This document shows, piece after piece, positions 29,495-39,060 of a DNA stretch of 40,179 nucleotides. The stretch is taken from positions 1 to 40,179 of the forward strand of contig LIBO01000001.1 of NCBI GenBank assembly GCA_001438005.1. Reading direction: 5' to 3'. The notes under the pieces were generated by a model that worked only from the letters and a program-made list of their open reading frames with translations, was not told where the DNA came from and did not search any database. The position numbers were made by a program, and so were the translations under genes. Origin of the DNA: Verrucomicrobia subdivision 6 bacterium BACL9 MAG-120507-bin52 (lineage in GTDB: Bacteria > Verrucomicrobiota > Verrucomicrobiia > Methylacidiphilales > Verrucolacustridaceae). Numbering within the stretch: position 1 is the first letter of the stretch; each line of letters begins with the position of its first letter.

Positions 29495-30127
29495 ATGGGA
29501 CAAAAGACACATCCGATGGGATTCCGCTTACCGCTCCGGCGCAACTGGAGCTCGGTCTGGTACGCCAATAAGAAAAACTACCCGATCTTCTTGCATGAAG
29601 ATTTCCAAATCCGTGCCTTTATCAAAAAGCGTTTGGAAAGTGCTGCCATTTCGAAAGTGGTCATTGAGCGCGCCTCGAATCGTGTCCGGGTGACCCTCCA
29701 CACCGCTCGTCCTGGGTTGGTCATCGGCCGGAAGGCCAGCGAGCTGGACAAGCTTCGCGAAGATACACAGGCGCTGACCCCGAATCGTGAGTTGTTGATC
29801 GATGTGAAAGAGATCAAGAATCCCGAGTTGGACGCTCAACTGGTGGCGGAGAATATTGCGGTTCAGCTGGAACGTCGTGTTTCTTATCGCCGAGCGATGA
29901 AGAAGGCTTTGCAGACCACGCTTGATTTCGGTGCGGCTGGGGTGAAGGTGCGAGTCGGCGGTCGACTCGGTGGGGGTGAAATCGCGCGGACGGAGCAGTA
30001 TCATGAGGGGAAAGTCCCTTTGCACACCCTTCGGGCGAACATCGACTACGGTTTTGCCGAGGCTCACACGGTGGCCGGAAAAATTGGCATCAAGGTGTGG
30101 ATCTGTTTACCGGAGGAGTCGGCCTAA
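29495..30127 (+). CDS. rpsC: 30S ribosomal protein S3
   Basis: MGQKTHPMGFR, ARPGLVIGRK, GRLGGGEIAR, VPLHTLRA. Confidence 0.99.
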   Translation: MGQKTHPMGFRLPLRRNWSSVWYANKKNYPIFLHEDFQIRAFIKKRLESAAISKVVIERASNRVRVTLHTARPGLVIGRKASELDKLREDTQALTPNRELLIDVKEIKNPELDAQLVAENIAVQLERRVSYRRAMKKALQTTLDFGAAGVKVRVGGRLGGGEIARTEQYHEGKVPLHTLRANIDYGFAEAHTVAGKIGIKVWICLPEESA

Positions 30128-30145
30128 ACGGCTGGGAGGAACATT

Positions 30146-30571
30146 ATGGCTCTTGTCCCCAAACGAGTAAAATTTAGGAAAACCCAGCGAGGAAGCCGCA
30201 AAGGCTTTGCCACGCGTTGCATTACTTTGGCTTTTGGTGCCTTTGGGTTGCAGTCGCTCGATCGTTGCTGGCTGACGAACATTCAGATTGAAGCGGCCCG
30301 GGTTGCGCTGACCCGAAACATGAATCGGAAGGGAAAATTGTGGATTCGGATTTTCCCAGACAAGTCGGTCACGGCCCGGCCTCCGGAAACGCGGATGGGT
30401 AAGGGCAAAGGGCAGCCTGAGTTTTGGGTGGCAGTTATCAAGCCAGGGACTATCCTTTTTGAGCTCGACGGTCTTTTGGAGGCCGACGCGAAGGAGTGTT
30501 TCCGACTGGCCGCCAGCAAGTTGCCGATGGCCACTCGTTTCATTACCCGAGAAAGGAAGTTAGTATTTTGA
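30146..30571 (+). CDS. rplP: 50S ribosomal protein L16
   Basis: [25 protein letters not shown]. Confidence 0.99.
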   Translation: MALVPKRVKFRKTQRGSRKGFATRCITLAFGAFGLQSLDRCWLTNIQIEAARVALTRNMNRKGKLWIRIFPDKSVTARPPETRMGKGKGQPEFWVAVIKPGTILFELDGLLEADAKECFRLAASKLPMATRFITRERKLVF

Positions 30572-30780
30572 AGATTGAAGAATTTCGTGGGTTAAAACCC
30601 GCTGAGTTGGATCGCAAGGCGGAGGAACTTCGCCGAGAGCGGTTCCAGCTTCGTATTCAACAGCAGGTCGGACAGGTGGAAAAACCGAGCCGTCTGCGGG
30701 AAATACGGAAGACGATCGCACGCATTGAAACGGCGCGTTCGCAATCCCGCTTGAGTACGGCGACAAAAGGAAAGTCATGA
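30568..30780 (+). CDS. rpmC: 50S ribosomal protein L29
   Basis: TTG start overlapping the rplP stop (TTGA); [22 protein letters not shown]. Confidence 0.93.
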   Translation: MKIEEFRGLKPAELDRKAEELRRERFQLRIQQQVGQVEKPSRLREIRKTIARIETARSQSRLSTATKGKS

Positions 30781-31067
30781 GCGAGGTACCGGTTAAGACG
30801 AGCGTTCTGAAAGAACGGGTGGGTGAGGTGGTTTCGGCCAAGATGGAAAAAACCATCGTGGTTCGAGTTGAACGCCGCATGCCTCACCCGAAGTACAAAA
30901 AAATCATTCGCCTGCAGAAAAAATTTTATGCGCATGACGAGGAAAAAAAAGCCAAGCAGGGGGACACCGTACGGATTATCGAGTGTCGCCCTTTGAGTCG
31001 ATTAAAGCGTTGGACCTTAGTGGAAGTTGTGAAAAAAGCGGAAGCACCTTTGGAGGTCGTGGTATGA
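30777..31067 (+). CDS. rpsQ: 30S ribosomal protein S17
   Basis: [32 protein letters not shown]. Confidence 0.98.
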   Translation: MSEVPVKTSVLKERVGEVVSAKMEKTIVVRVERRMPHPKYKKIIRLQKKFYAHDEEKKAKQGDTVRIIECRPLSRLKRWTLVEVVKKAEAPLEVVV

Positions 31068-31429
31068 TCCAAATTCGCTCTTGGCTGAATATTGCCGACA
31101 ACACGGGTGCCCGTAAGGCCACGATGATCGGGGTGATTGGTCGGAAGACCCTGATCGCCAGAATCGGGGACATTGTGACGGCCAACGTAAAGGAAGCGGC
31201 TCCGGATGGAACCGTAAAAAAAAGTGAAGTTGTTCGGGCAGTGATCGTGCGCACCAAATATCCGATTCGTCGGAATGATGGTTCGTATCTTCGCTTCGAC
31301 AGTAACGCCGCCGTGATTATTGATAAGGACTCGAATCCACGCGGAACGCGTATTTTCGGACCTGTCGCCCGTGAATTGCGTGAAAAAAACTTCATGAAGA
31401 TCGTTTCCCTCGCTCCGGAGGTTCTCTAA
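31064..31429 (+). CDS. rplN: 50S ribosomal protein L14
   Basis: MIQ...[33 protein letters not shown]; ATGA overlap with rpsQ. Confidence 0.98.
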   Translation: MIQIRSWLNIADNTGARKATMIGVIGRKTLIARIGDIVTANVKEAAPDGTVKKSEVVRAVIVRTKYPIRRNDGSYLRFDSNAAVIIDKDSNPRGTRIFGPVARELREKNFMKIVSLAPEVL

Positions 31430-31439
31430 AAATTATTTT

Positions 31440-31721
31440 ATGAATCGATTTCACGTTCATAAAGGGGATGAGGTTGTGGTGATCAGCGGCTCGCAAAAGG
31501 GGCGTAAGGGGAGGATTCTGGAGGTGAAGACCGACTCCTTCCGCGCGCTGATTGAGGGAGTGAATCTAATCAAGAAGCATGTGCGTCCGACCCAGGACAA
31601 TCCCAAGGGCGGCGTGATGGAGCGGGAAGGCACGATTCATATTTCCAACCTGCGGTTAGTCAATCGTCCGAAGGCCGCTCGCACGGAGAAAAAGAAAAAG
31701 GAAAGTAAGAGAAAGAAGTAG
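31440..31721 (+). CDS. rplX: 50S ribosomal protein L24
   Basis: KGDEVVVISG, EGVNLIKKH, IHISN. Confidence 0.97.
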   Translation: MNRFHVHKGDEVVVISGSQKGRKGRILEVKTDSFRALIEGVNLIKKHVRPTQDNPKGGVMEREGTIHISNLRLVNRPKAARTEKKKKESKRKK

Positions 31722-31724
31722 GCC

Positions 31725-32333
31725 ATGGAAAACGACCTAAAAGTTCATTATTTGAAAAGTGTCGTGCCCGCGATGATGAAAAATCGTGGCTACGTCAATC
31801 TTCACCAAGTTCCGAAACTGGAAAAAATTGTTTTGAACTGCTCCGTGGGTTCGCTGACCGATATCAAGGTGGCGCTGGAGGATGCGGTGCATGATCTGAC
31901 GATGATCACGGGGCAAAAGCCCATCAAGACAAAGTCGAAAAAGAGCATATCGAACTTCAACCTCCGCCTGCATCAGGAGATTGGGTGCAAGGTGACCTTA
32001 CGGGGCAAGATCATGTATGATTTTCTTCTTCGTTTTATTCGAGCCGCACTGCCCCGGATCCGTGACTTTCGCGGTATTCCGAACGGTGGTTTTGATGGTC
32101 GGGGCGGCTATACCTTGGGAGTCAAGGATCACTCGATTTTCCCTGAGATCGAAATTGACCGAGTGAAAAGAAATCTGGGCTTTGATGTCACTTTTGTGAC
32201 TTCGGGCAAAGACCGGGAGGAAACTCGGGAAATGCTTTCTTTGATGGGAATGCCTTTCATCGTGAGAACCCAAGACGCCGCCAAGACCGGCAATAAGGAG
32301 ACGACAGATGGCCAAGAAGTGTTGGCGGCTTAA
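31725..32333 (+). CDS. rplE: 50S ribosomal protein L5
   Basis: [37 protein letters not shown]. Confidence 0.98.
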   Translation: MENDLKVHYLKSVVPAMMKNRGYVNLHQVPKLEKIVLNCSVGSLTDIKVALEDAVHDLTMITGQKPIKTKSKKSISNFNLRLHQEIGCKVTLRGKIMYDFLLRFIRAALPRIRDFRGIPNGGFDGRGGYTLGVKDHSIFPEIEIDRVKRNLGFDVTFVTSGKDREETREMLSLMGMPFIVRTQDAAKTGNKETTDGQEVLAA

Positions 32334-32493
32334 GCAGAAAAAGACCCCTAAGTTTTCGACCCGGAAATACAACCGGTGTTCGATTACTGGACGGCGTCGT
32401 AGTTATATTCGTCGCTTTGGAGTGAGTCGTATCCAATTTCGCGAGATGGCGCTCCGCGGTGAAGCGCCGGGCGTGACGAAAGCGAGCTGGTAG
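32308..32493 (+). CDS. rpsN: 30S ribosomal protein S14 (61 aa, Zn ligands mostly lost)
   Basis: MAKK...[15 protein letters not shown]...[18 protein letters not shown]; AAGGAG SD inside rplE. Confidence 0.97.
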   Translation: MAKKCWRLKQKKTPKFSTRKYNRCSITGRRRSYIRRFGVSRIQFREMALRGEAPGVTKASW

Positions 32494-32496
32494 TTT

Positions 32497-32895
32497 ATGG
32501 TGACGGACCCTCTAGCTGATTTCCTGACGCAGATCCGAAATGCCTCGACCGCAGGGTTGAAGACGGTCAAGGCGAAGCACTCGAAGATGCGGGGCAGCGT
32601 CTTATCCATTCTGAAAAAGGAAGGTTTCATCGAGGACTTCGAGTTAAAGAAAGACGGAGAGCACACGGATTTTCATATTGCGATGAAAACGGGAACGGTT
32701 CGAAGTGGGAAGGCGATTACTTGCATCCGTCGCTTGTCGAAACCTGGTTTACGGCGCTATGTGGGGGCCAAAGAGATTCCGAGGTATTTAGGCGGTTTAG
32801 GTGTTTCGATCCTATCTACCCCGAAGGGTGTGATGTCAGGGGAAGAGGCCAAGAAGCAAAATGTAGGCGGGGAGTTGCTCCTCGTGGTTTGGTAA
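32497..32895 (+). CDS. rpsH: 30S ribosomal protein S8
   Basis: DPLADFLTQIRN, SKPGLRRY, STPKGV, GGELL. Confidence 0.98.
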   Translation: MVTDPLADFLTQIRNASTAGLKTVKAKHSKMRGSVLSILKKEGFIEDFELKKDGEHTDFHIAMKTGTVRSGKAITCIRRLSKPGLRRYVGAKEIPRYLGGLGVSILSTPKGVMSGEEAKKQNVGGELLLVVW

Positions 32896-32896
32896 T

Positions 32897-33445
32897 ATGT
32901 CCCGCGTAGGCAATCAACCCGTTTTGGTCCCCGCCAACGTCAAAGTGGCGATGCAGGGGAGAAATCTCAAGGCGGAGGGACCGAAGGGGAAGCTCTCCTT
33001 GGACCTGCCCCCGATGATCAGTGCGACCTTGGATGCAGGAAAAATTCAACTCACGCGGGACAATGAGGAGCGGATGGCGCGCTCGTTGCACGGCTTGACT
33101 CGCAGTCTGGTACAAAATGTGGTGACGGGAGTGAGCGTAGGGTACAGCAAGAATTTAGAAATTCATGGCGTTGGTTTTAAGGCCAATGTTCAAGGCAAAA
33201 AACTGGTTCTGAATTTAGGGAAATCCCATCCGATCGAGTATCCGCTGCCCGCCGAAATTAAGGTTACGGTAACGGACAATACTCGTCTCCTGGTGGAAGG
33301 TTCCGACAAGCAGCTTGTTGGGGCAGTTTGTGCAGATATTCGTGGATATGCTCCTCCGGAACCGTACAAGGGCAAAGGGGTGCGTTACGCGGGCGAAACG
33401 ATCCGCCGAAAGGAAGGCAAGACTGCGCAAAGCAAGTCTGCCTAA
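32897..33445 (+). CDS. rplF: 50S ribosomal protein L6
   Basis: MSRVG, GPKGKL, GVGFKA, PEPYKGKGVRY. Confidence 0.98.
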   Translation: MSRVGNQPVLVPANVKVAMQGRNLKAEGPKGKLSLDLPPMISATLDAGKIQLTRDNEERMARSLHGLTRSLVQNVVTGVSVGYSKNLEIHGVGFKANVQGKKLVLNLGKSHPIEYPLPAEIKVTVTDNTRLLVEGSDKQLVGAVCADIRGYAPPEPYKGKGVRYAGETIRRKEGKTAQSKSA

Positions 33446-33454
33446 TACTTATCT

Positions 33455-33820
33455 ATGCCGAATCCATCCAAATTACGTCGGGAGCGACGAGTTCGAATCC
33501 ACAAAAGGATTCGCCTTCGTCTCCGTGGTGACGCAACGAAGCCACGTCTTTGCGTATCTTTCAGTGGCAAAAATATTTACGCTCAAGTCGTTGATGATAG
33601 TGCCGGAAAGACTTTAGCTTCCGTTTCGACTTTGGAAGAGTCCCTGATGAAAGGGATTCGGGCAAACGTGGCCGGCGCGGCCAAAATGGGCAAAGAGGTA
33701 GCCGAGCGTGCCTCGAAAAAAGGAATTTCCGCTGTGGTGTTCGATCGCGGCGGCTTTTTGTATCATGGTAAGGTGAAAGCCTTTGCCGAGGCGGCTCGGC
33801 AAGCTGGCTTAAAATTCTAA
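33455..33820 (+). CDS. rplR: 50S ribosomal protein L18
   Basis: [30 protein letters not shown]. Confidence 0.98.
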   Translation: MPNPSKLRRERRVRIHKRIRLRLRGDATKPRLCVSFSGKNIYAQVVDDSAGKTLASVSTLEESLMKGIRANVAGAAKMGKEVAERASKKGISAVVFDRGGFLYHGKVKAFAEAARQAGLKF

Positions 33821-33832
33821 GAGGTATAAGGA

Positions 33833-34465
33833 ATGAGCGAAGTAACCCCCACTGTTGAAGAACCTATCCTTCCCGCGGAAGTGATTACAGAAAAAGCGTT
33901 TTCCAAGACGTCTGAATTCATTCCGAAGTCGGAACCGACCACCAATCGGCGGGAGCGAACACGGACGCCTTCCGATATGTTTGAGAAGGTCGTCTTTGTG
34001 AATCGTTGTGCCAAGGTGGTCAAGGGCGGTCGCCGTTTTAGTTTTAGCGCGCTTCTGGTGGTTGGAGACAAAAAGGGGAAGGTGGGGGTTGGTTTTGGGA
34101 AAGCGCGAGAGGTGTCGGAGGCCATCCGCAAGGGGACCGAAAACGCCAAGAAGAATCTTTTTGCCTATAACATTGGACCCAGCACGTTGCCCCATGAAGT
34201 GAATGGCTCGTTTGGAGGAGGTCGTGTTCTCCTTCGCCCTGCTTCCCTCGGAACGGGGCTCATCGCAGGGGGTGGTGTTCGGTCTGTCTTAGAGGCAGCC
34301 GGGGTCAAAGATGTTTTGGCGAAATCGATGGGATCGAGTAACGCGGCCAACGTGGTGAAGGCTACGGTGGATGCTCTGTCGAAATTACGCACGAGAACCC
34401 AGATTTTTGAGCTGCGGGGCAAAAAGCGTCCGCCAAGGCCAGCGGCAGTTGAGGTGTCCTCATGA
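33833..34465 (+). CDS. rpsE: 30S ribosomal protein S5 with N-terminal extension
   Basis: [36 protein letters not shown]. Confidence 0.98.
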   Translation: MSEVTPTVEEPILPAEVITEKAFSKTSEFIPKSEPTTNRRERTRTPSDMFEKVVFVNRCAKVVKGGRRFSFSALLVVGDKKGKVGVGFGKAREVSEAIRKGTENAKKNLFAYNIGPSTLPHEVNGSFGGGRVLLRPASLGTGLIAGGGVRSVLEAAGVKDVLAKSMGSSNAANVVKATVDALSKLRTRTQIFELRGKKRPPRPAAVEVSS

Positions 34466-34908
34466 GCACGACAGTTCCTCGGCCCGGAGCGCGGCATCGG
34501 CGCAAGCGCCTTGGTTCGGGCGAGAGCTCGGGTAAAGGAAAGACGTCAGGTAAAGGGCACAAAGGGCAGAAAGCGCGTTCGGGCGGTAGTTTGCGGCTCG
34601 GATTCGAAGGAGGACAGATGCCTTTGATTCGTCGGATTCCGAAGCGTGGCTTCAACAATGCGGTCTTCACGCAGAGGTTCGCGCCGGTGAATTTGAACAG
34701 CCTAGATCTTTTCTCGGACGGGGCGAAAGTGGATGAGGCCGCCTTGCGTCAGGTGGGATTGGTCAAGGGGGATTGGGCGGGCATTAAGATTCTTGGTGGT
34801 GGAAAACTGAAACCTAAAAATCTGATCCTTGAAGTGCACGCGGCCAGCGGTTCGGCCAAAAGCGCTCTTGAGGCAGCGGGTGCCAAAGTCACCCTGCTGA
34901 AGTCATAG
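34462..34908 (+). CDS. rplO: 50S ribosomal protein L15
   Basis: [33 protein letters not shown]. Confidence 0.98.
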   Translation: MSTTVPRPGARHRRKRLGSGESSGKGKTSGKGHKGQKARSGGSLRLGFEGGQMPLIRRIPKRGFNNAVFTQRFAPVNLNSLDLFSDGAKVDEAALRQVGLVKGDWAGIKILGGGKLKPKNLILEVHAASGSAKSALEAAGAKVTLLKS

Positions 34909-34932
34909 TCCGGCCAAGGGTTTTTTTGGGCC

Positions 34933-36426
34933 ATGCTCCACGCCCTCTTTAACTGTTTCAAGATTCCGGAACTCCGGCATCGGATTATTTTTACCCTTGC
35001 CCTCATTGTGGTGGTTCGGATCGGGGCATCGATCCCGTGTCCTGGGATCAATCCTTTGGTTTTGGGTGAATTTTTTCGTCAGGTAGTCGACCAGCAGGAT
35101 CAGGGAAGTGTCATTGGGCTTTTCAACCTCTTCAGCGGGGGTGCGCTGGAAAATTGCGCAATCTTTTCCTTAACGATCATGCCTTACATCAGTGCCAGCA
35201 TTGTCATGCAGTTGGCGACAGGGGTGATCCCTTCGCTCGGTAAGTTGGTTCGGGAGGAGGGTGGGCGTCAAAAAATTACACAGTACACAAGGTTCGGCAC
35301 GTTGGTTCTCTGTGTCGTGCAGGGGTACTTGTTGGCGACCAGCTTTGAGAATCCTACACAAATTCCGATCTTTTCTGGCATCGATCAAGTTATCCAAAAG
35401 TTGGGGCCTTTGGTTCCCGAACCAGGAATCGCCTTCCGTGCCATGACAGTGATTACCCTTACGGCGGGAACGATGCTGTTAATGTGGATTGGAGAGCAGG
35501 TAACTGAGAAGGGGATCGGAAACGGCATTTCGCTCGTCATTACGGTCGGAATTGTCGCACGTTTACCGGCGGCTCTGGTGGCGGGCTGGCAGGTGTTTGT
35601 TCCTCCGGCGGGCAGTGGTCGTGAACCCATCAGCCCTTTCATCTTGTTCCTTTTGCTGGCGTTTCTCTTTGTGGTCATTGCCTCCACGATTGCGCTGACG
35701 CAGGCGCTGCGGAAGGTCAGTGTTCAGTATGCGAAACAGGTGCGCGGCAATCGGGTGTATGGAGGCCAGACCTCCTTTTTGCCTTTGAAGGTGAACTATG
35801 CCGGAGTGATGCCGATCATCTTTGCCAATGCGATCCTGCTCTTTCCGGCAAGCATCATTGGATTTCTTTTCCCCGGCTCACCCACCGCGAATCGGATTGC
35901 AGCCGCTTTGGCCACCGGGACACTTCATTATGTTTTGTACGCGGGAATGATCTTTTTCTTCTCCTACTTCTGGGTGGCGATGGTCTTCAATCCAATCCAG
36001 ATTGCGGACGACATGAAGCGGCATGGTGGTTTTATCCCTGGAATTCGACCCGGGGAAACGACGGCGCAGTTTTTGGATTATGCAATGACGCGTCTCACGT
36101 TTGCCGGAGCGATTTTTCTCACGGCCTTGGCAGTGTTACCAATGTTGGTTCAGAATTTTCTTGGGGTACCGAGCATCACGGCACAATTCTTCGGGGGCAC
36201 CGGATTACTGATCATCGTTGGCGTGATGTTGGATACGATGCGCCAAGCGGAGACCTATCTTCTGCAGAGACACTACGACGGGTTTTTGAAGAAGGGTCGA
36301 ATCAAAGGCCGGACCTCGGGCAGTGTGGGCGGAACGGCGCAGACGATTTCGGAGCGGCAAATCGCTTGGCTATTGGTTTTGATCGCGATTATCGCTTTGG
36401 GCGGAATCGTGCTGTCGCTGCGATAG
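34933..36426 (+). CDS. secY: Preprotein translocase subunit SecY with C-terminal hydrophobic extension
   Basis: IMPYISASI, GIGNGIS, AGVMPIIFA, IPGIRPG, GGTGLLIIVGV. Confidence 0.99.
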   Translation: MLHALFNCFKIPELRHRIIFTLALIVVVRIGASIPCPGINPLVLGEFFRQVVDQQDQGSVIGLFNLFSGGALENCAIFSLTIMPYISASIVMQLATGVIPSLGKLVREEGGRQKITQYTRFGTLVLCVVQGYLLATSFENPTQIPIFSGIDQVIQKLGPLVPEPGIAFRAMTVITLTAGTMLLMWIGEQVTEKGIGNGISLVITVGIVARLPAALVAGWQVFVPPAGSGREPISPFILFLLLAFLFVVIASTIALTQALRKVSVQYAKQVRGNRVYGGQTSFLPLKVNYAGVMPIIFANAILLFPASIIGFLFPGSPTANRIAAALATGTLHYVLYAGMIFFFSYFWVAMVFNPIQIADDMKRHGGFIPGIRPGETTAQFLDYAMTRLTFAGAIFLTALAVLPMLVQNFLGVPSITAQFFGGTGLLIIVGVMLDTMRQAETYLLQRHYDGFLKKGRIKGRTSGSVGGTAQTISERQIAWLLVLIAIIALGGIVLSLR

Positions 36427-36439
36427 GGCCCCTCGGGCC

Positions 36440-37240
36440 ATGCCCACAATTCCGATTAAGGACGCCGCCGGGATCGCTGGTATGCGCGCCAGTTGCCGGT
36501 TGGCGCGGATGATTTTAGAGGAGCTGGTCAACCGACTGGAGCCAGGGCGAACCACCGGGGAGGTCGATCGGTGGGCCGGGGAGGTCATCGCGAAGAGTGG
36601 AGCAAGGAGTGCTTTTCTTGGGTACCGAAAATTCCCCGGGCAGCTGTGTATTTCGGTAAATGAGGAGGTGGTTCATGGAATCGGTGGCTCCCGTCGATTG
36701 GCCTATGGGGATGTGGTGAAGTTGGATGTGGGAATTATTTTAGACAACTGGGTTGGGGACACGGCCACCACTGTGGGAATTGGGGCGATCACACCCTCGA
36801 GGCAGCGTCTTTTAGAGAGGACGGAAGCCGCGCTCTTGGCGGGTATCGCGGCCGCTCGGGGAGGCAACAAGCTGGGGGAGATATGTCAGGCGGTGGAAAG
36901 TACGGTAAGGAAGGCGGGATACAGTGTGGTGAAGGAGTTTGTCGGGCATGGGGTGGGGCGAAAACTTCACGAAGAACCCCAAATTCCAAATTTCGGAAAA
37001 GCAAATTCCGGTCCTGTTCTTCGTCCTGGGATGACCTTAGCGATTGAGCCGATGGTGAATGAGGGCACTGAGGAAATTCGAATTTTAAAAGATGGTTGGA
37101 CTGCGGTGACGGCCGATCGAAGGGATTCCGCCCACTTTGAACATGTGGTTTTAGTGACCGAGGGGGATCCTGAAATCTTAACAACATCTCCATCAGCAGG
37201 TTGCGACACAAAGGCAGTCGCATCTGTATCGACAAGCTAA
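36440..37240 (+). CDS. map: Type I methionine aminopeptidase
   Basis: CISVNEEVVHGI, GHGVG-LHEEP, AIEPM, SAHFEH. Confidence 0.98.
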   Translation: MPTIPIKDAAGIAGMRASCRLARMILEELVNRLEPGRTTGEVDRWAGEVIAKSGARSAFLGYRKFPGQLCISVNEEVVHGIGGSRRLAYGDVVKLDVGIILDNWVGDTATTVGIGAITPSRQRLLERTEAALLAGIAAARGGNKLGEICQAVESTVRKAGYSVVKEFVGHGVGRKLHEEPQIPNFGKANSGPVLRPGMTLAIEPMVNEGTEEIRILKDGWTAVTADRRDSAHFEHVVLVTEGDPEILTTSPSAGCDTKAVASVSTS

Positions 37241-37282
37241 AAGGGCAGGAAATCAGTGCAGATATCTTTGAGAGAAAAGGGC

Positions 37283-37311
37283 TTGCCTAGATCATACTAG
37301 TTCGATAATAT
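37283..37311 (+). promoter_or_regulatory. Putative sigma70 promoter of rpmJ-rpsM-rpsK-rpsD-rpoA
   Basis: TTGCCT 37283-88, 17 bp spacer, TAATAT 37306-11 in an AT-rich spacer. Confidence 0.65.
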
Positions 37312-37328
37312 TTCAGACTATTTATTCT

Positions 37329-37445
37329 ATGAGAGTACGAGCATCTGTGAAACGTCGCACGAGTGACTGCCAAGTGGTACGTCGTCGCGGTCGTATCTAT
37401 ATCATCAACAAAAAGAACCCGCGGTTGAAGCAGAGGCAGGGATAA
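37329..37445 (+). CDS. rpmJ: 50S ribosomal protein L36 (Zn-ligand-depleted type; below the ORF-track size cutoff)
   Basis: Translated by hand: [38 protein letters not shown]. Confidence 0.97.
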   Translation: MRVRASVKRRTSDCQVVRRRGRIYIINKKNPRLKQRQG

Positions 37446-37448
37446 AGT

Positions 37449-37844
37449 ATGCCGCGTGTTTTAGGTGTGGATATTCCCGGGGAAAAGAGGGCTGAGTTTA
37501 GTCTTCGTTATGTCTATGGATTGGGCGCCACGCGGGCGCGGCAAGTGGTCGAGGAAGCAGAAATTCCGACAGATTTACGAGCCAAAGATTTAACCGATCA
37601 GCAGATCAATCGGATTATCGGAGTGATTCAACGGAATCGTTTTTTGATCGAGGGAGATTTACGGCGAGACACGCAGCAGAATTTGAAGCGGCTGCAAACG
37701 ATCAACTGTTATCGCGGGATTCGGCATCGCAAAGGTTTGCCCGTCCGTGGACAACGGACCTCGACCAATGCCCGTACCCGTAAGGGACCGAGAAAGACGG
37801 TGGGTGTGATCCGTAGTAAGGACACGAAAGCGGCCAAGACCTAA
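37449..37844 (+). CDS. rpsM: 30S ribosomal protein S13
   Basis: [37 protein letters not shown]. Confidence 0.99.
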   Translation: MPRVLGVDIPGEKRAEFSLRYVYGLGATRARQVVEEAEIPTDLRAKDLTDQQINRIIGVIQRNRFLIEGDLRRDTQQNLKRLQTINCYRGIRHRKGLPVRGQRTSTNARTRKGPRKTVGVIRSKDTKAAKT

Positions 37845-37849
37845 ATCGT

Positions 37850-38431
37850 ATGAGCGAGAACGAAAAAAAGCCTGACCCGAAACCTACCGCCCAGCCCGAG
37901 GCCAAGGCCAAGGGCCCTGCCCCCGAGGGTGGTAAATCGAAAAAGCCAAAAGGCAGCAAGCCTTCGGGTGGAGGGAAAGACGGCGCGAAAAAAGAGGAGG
38001 TGATCCTCGCTCCCGAAAGCCTGACTTTGGATGGTTTGGAGGATGCATCGAAGATCAAGATTCCGAAGATCAAAGGTGCGAAGCAGATTCAGAATGGTGT
38101 GGCGCATATTTTGGCGACCTTCAACAACACGGTCGTTTCGATTACGGATTTGAAGGGAAATGTGATTGCTTGGTCGAGCGCGGGGAAAATGGGTTTTCGG
38201 GGTTCGAAAAAGTCGACCGCTTATGTGGCTCAAGTGGTAGCCCAGGATGCCAGTCGCCAAGCGATGGCGCACGGTTTGAAGGAAGTGGAAGTGCGGGTCA
38301 AGGGACCAGGCATGGGTCGGGAATCGGCCGTGCGGGCGCTGCAGGCGGTTGGCTTGGAGGTGAGTATGATTCGGGACGTGACCCCTGTTCCCCACAACGG
38401 ATGTCGGATGCGCAAGGCGAGAAGGGTTTAA
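37850..38431 (+). CDS. rpsK: 30S ribosomal protein S11 with long Lys/Pro-rich N-terminal extension
   Basis: [40 protein letters not shown]. Confidence 0.98.
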   Translation: MSENEKKPDPKPTAQPEAKAKGPAPEGGKSKKPKGSKPSGGGKDGAKKEEVILAPESLTLDGLEDASKIKIPKIKGAKQIQNGVAHILATFNNTVVSITDLKGNVIAWSSAGKMGFRGSKKSTAYVAQVVAQDASRQAMAHGLKEVEVRVKGPGMGRESAVRALQAVGLEVSMIRDVTPVPHNGCRMRKARRV

Positions 38432-38442
38432 AGGATAATTTT

Positions 38443-39054
38443 ATGGCACGTTATACCGGCTCGAGAGACAAAATTAACCGTCGATTTGGCCAACCAATTT
38501 TCGGCCCTTCCAAGGCTTTAGAGCGTCGGAATTTCCCTCCTGGTGTTCACGGAGCCAAGGGTCGCAGAAAGCAGTCTGACTTTGCCATTGCCGTCGGGGA
38601 AAAGCAGAAGATGAAGTACAGCTACGGAATTTTGGAAAAGCAGTTCCGCTTGTATTACCAGAAGGCGGTGCAGAGCCGTGGTGTTACGGGGGAAAAATTA
38701 CTCCAACTCTTGGAAACGCGCTTGGACAGTATTGTGGATCATCTGGGCTTTGCCTCTACGAGGCGCAGTGCCCGCCAGATGGTTTCGCATGGGCACATCG
38801 CGGTGAATGGTAAAAAAGTATCGATTCCGAGTTACGGTTGCCGTGCAGGAGATGTGGTCGAGGTTCGGGATAATCCAAAATCGCGCCAACTTGGGACCAA
38901 TGCTTTAGAAAAAAGCCAAATCCGCCCCGTGCCGGATTGGCTGACCTTGAATAAAGAGCAGTTTAAAGGAACCCTGACACGAATTCCGACTCGAGAAGAA
39001 CTGAATCCGGTGGCCAACGAACAGTTGGTCGTCGAGCTTTACTCTCGTTCGTAA
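38443..39054 (+). CDS. rpsD: 30S ribosomal protein S4
   Basis: MARYTG, EKQK, LLETRLD, ARQMVSHGH, VVELYSR; ATG 38443 after AAGGA. Confidence 0.98.
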   Translation: MARYTGSRDKINRRFGQPIFGPSKALERRNFPPGVHGAKGRRKQSDFAIAVGEKQKMKYSYGILEKQFRLYYQKAVQSRGVTGEKLLQLLETRLDSIVDHLGFASTRRSARQMVSHGHIAVNGKKVSIPSYGCRAGDVVEVRDNPKSRQLGTNALEKSQIRPVPDWLTLNKEQFKGTLTRIPTREELNPVANEQLVVELYSRS

Positions 39055-39060
39055 AACAGC

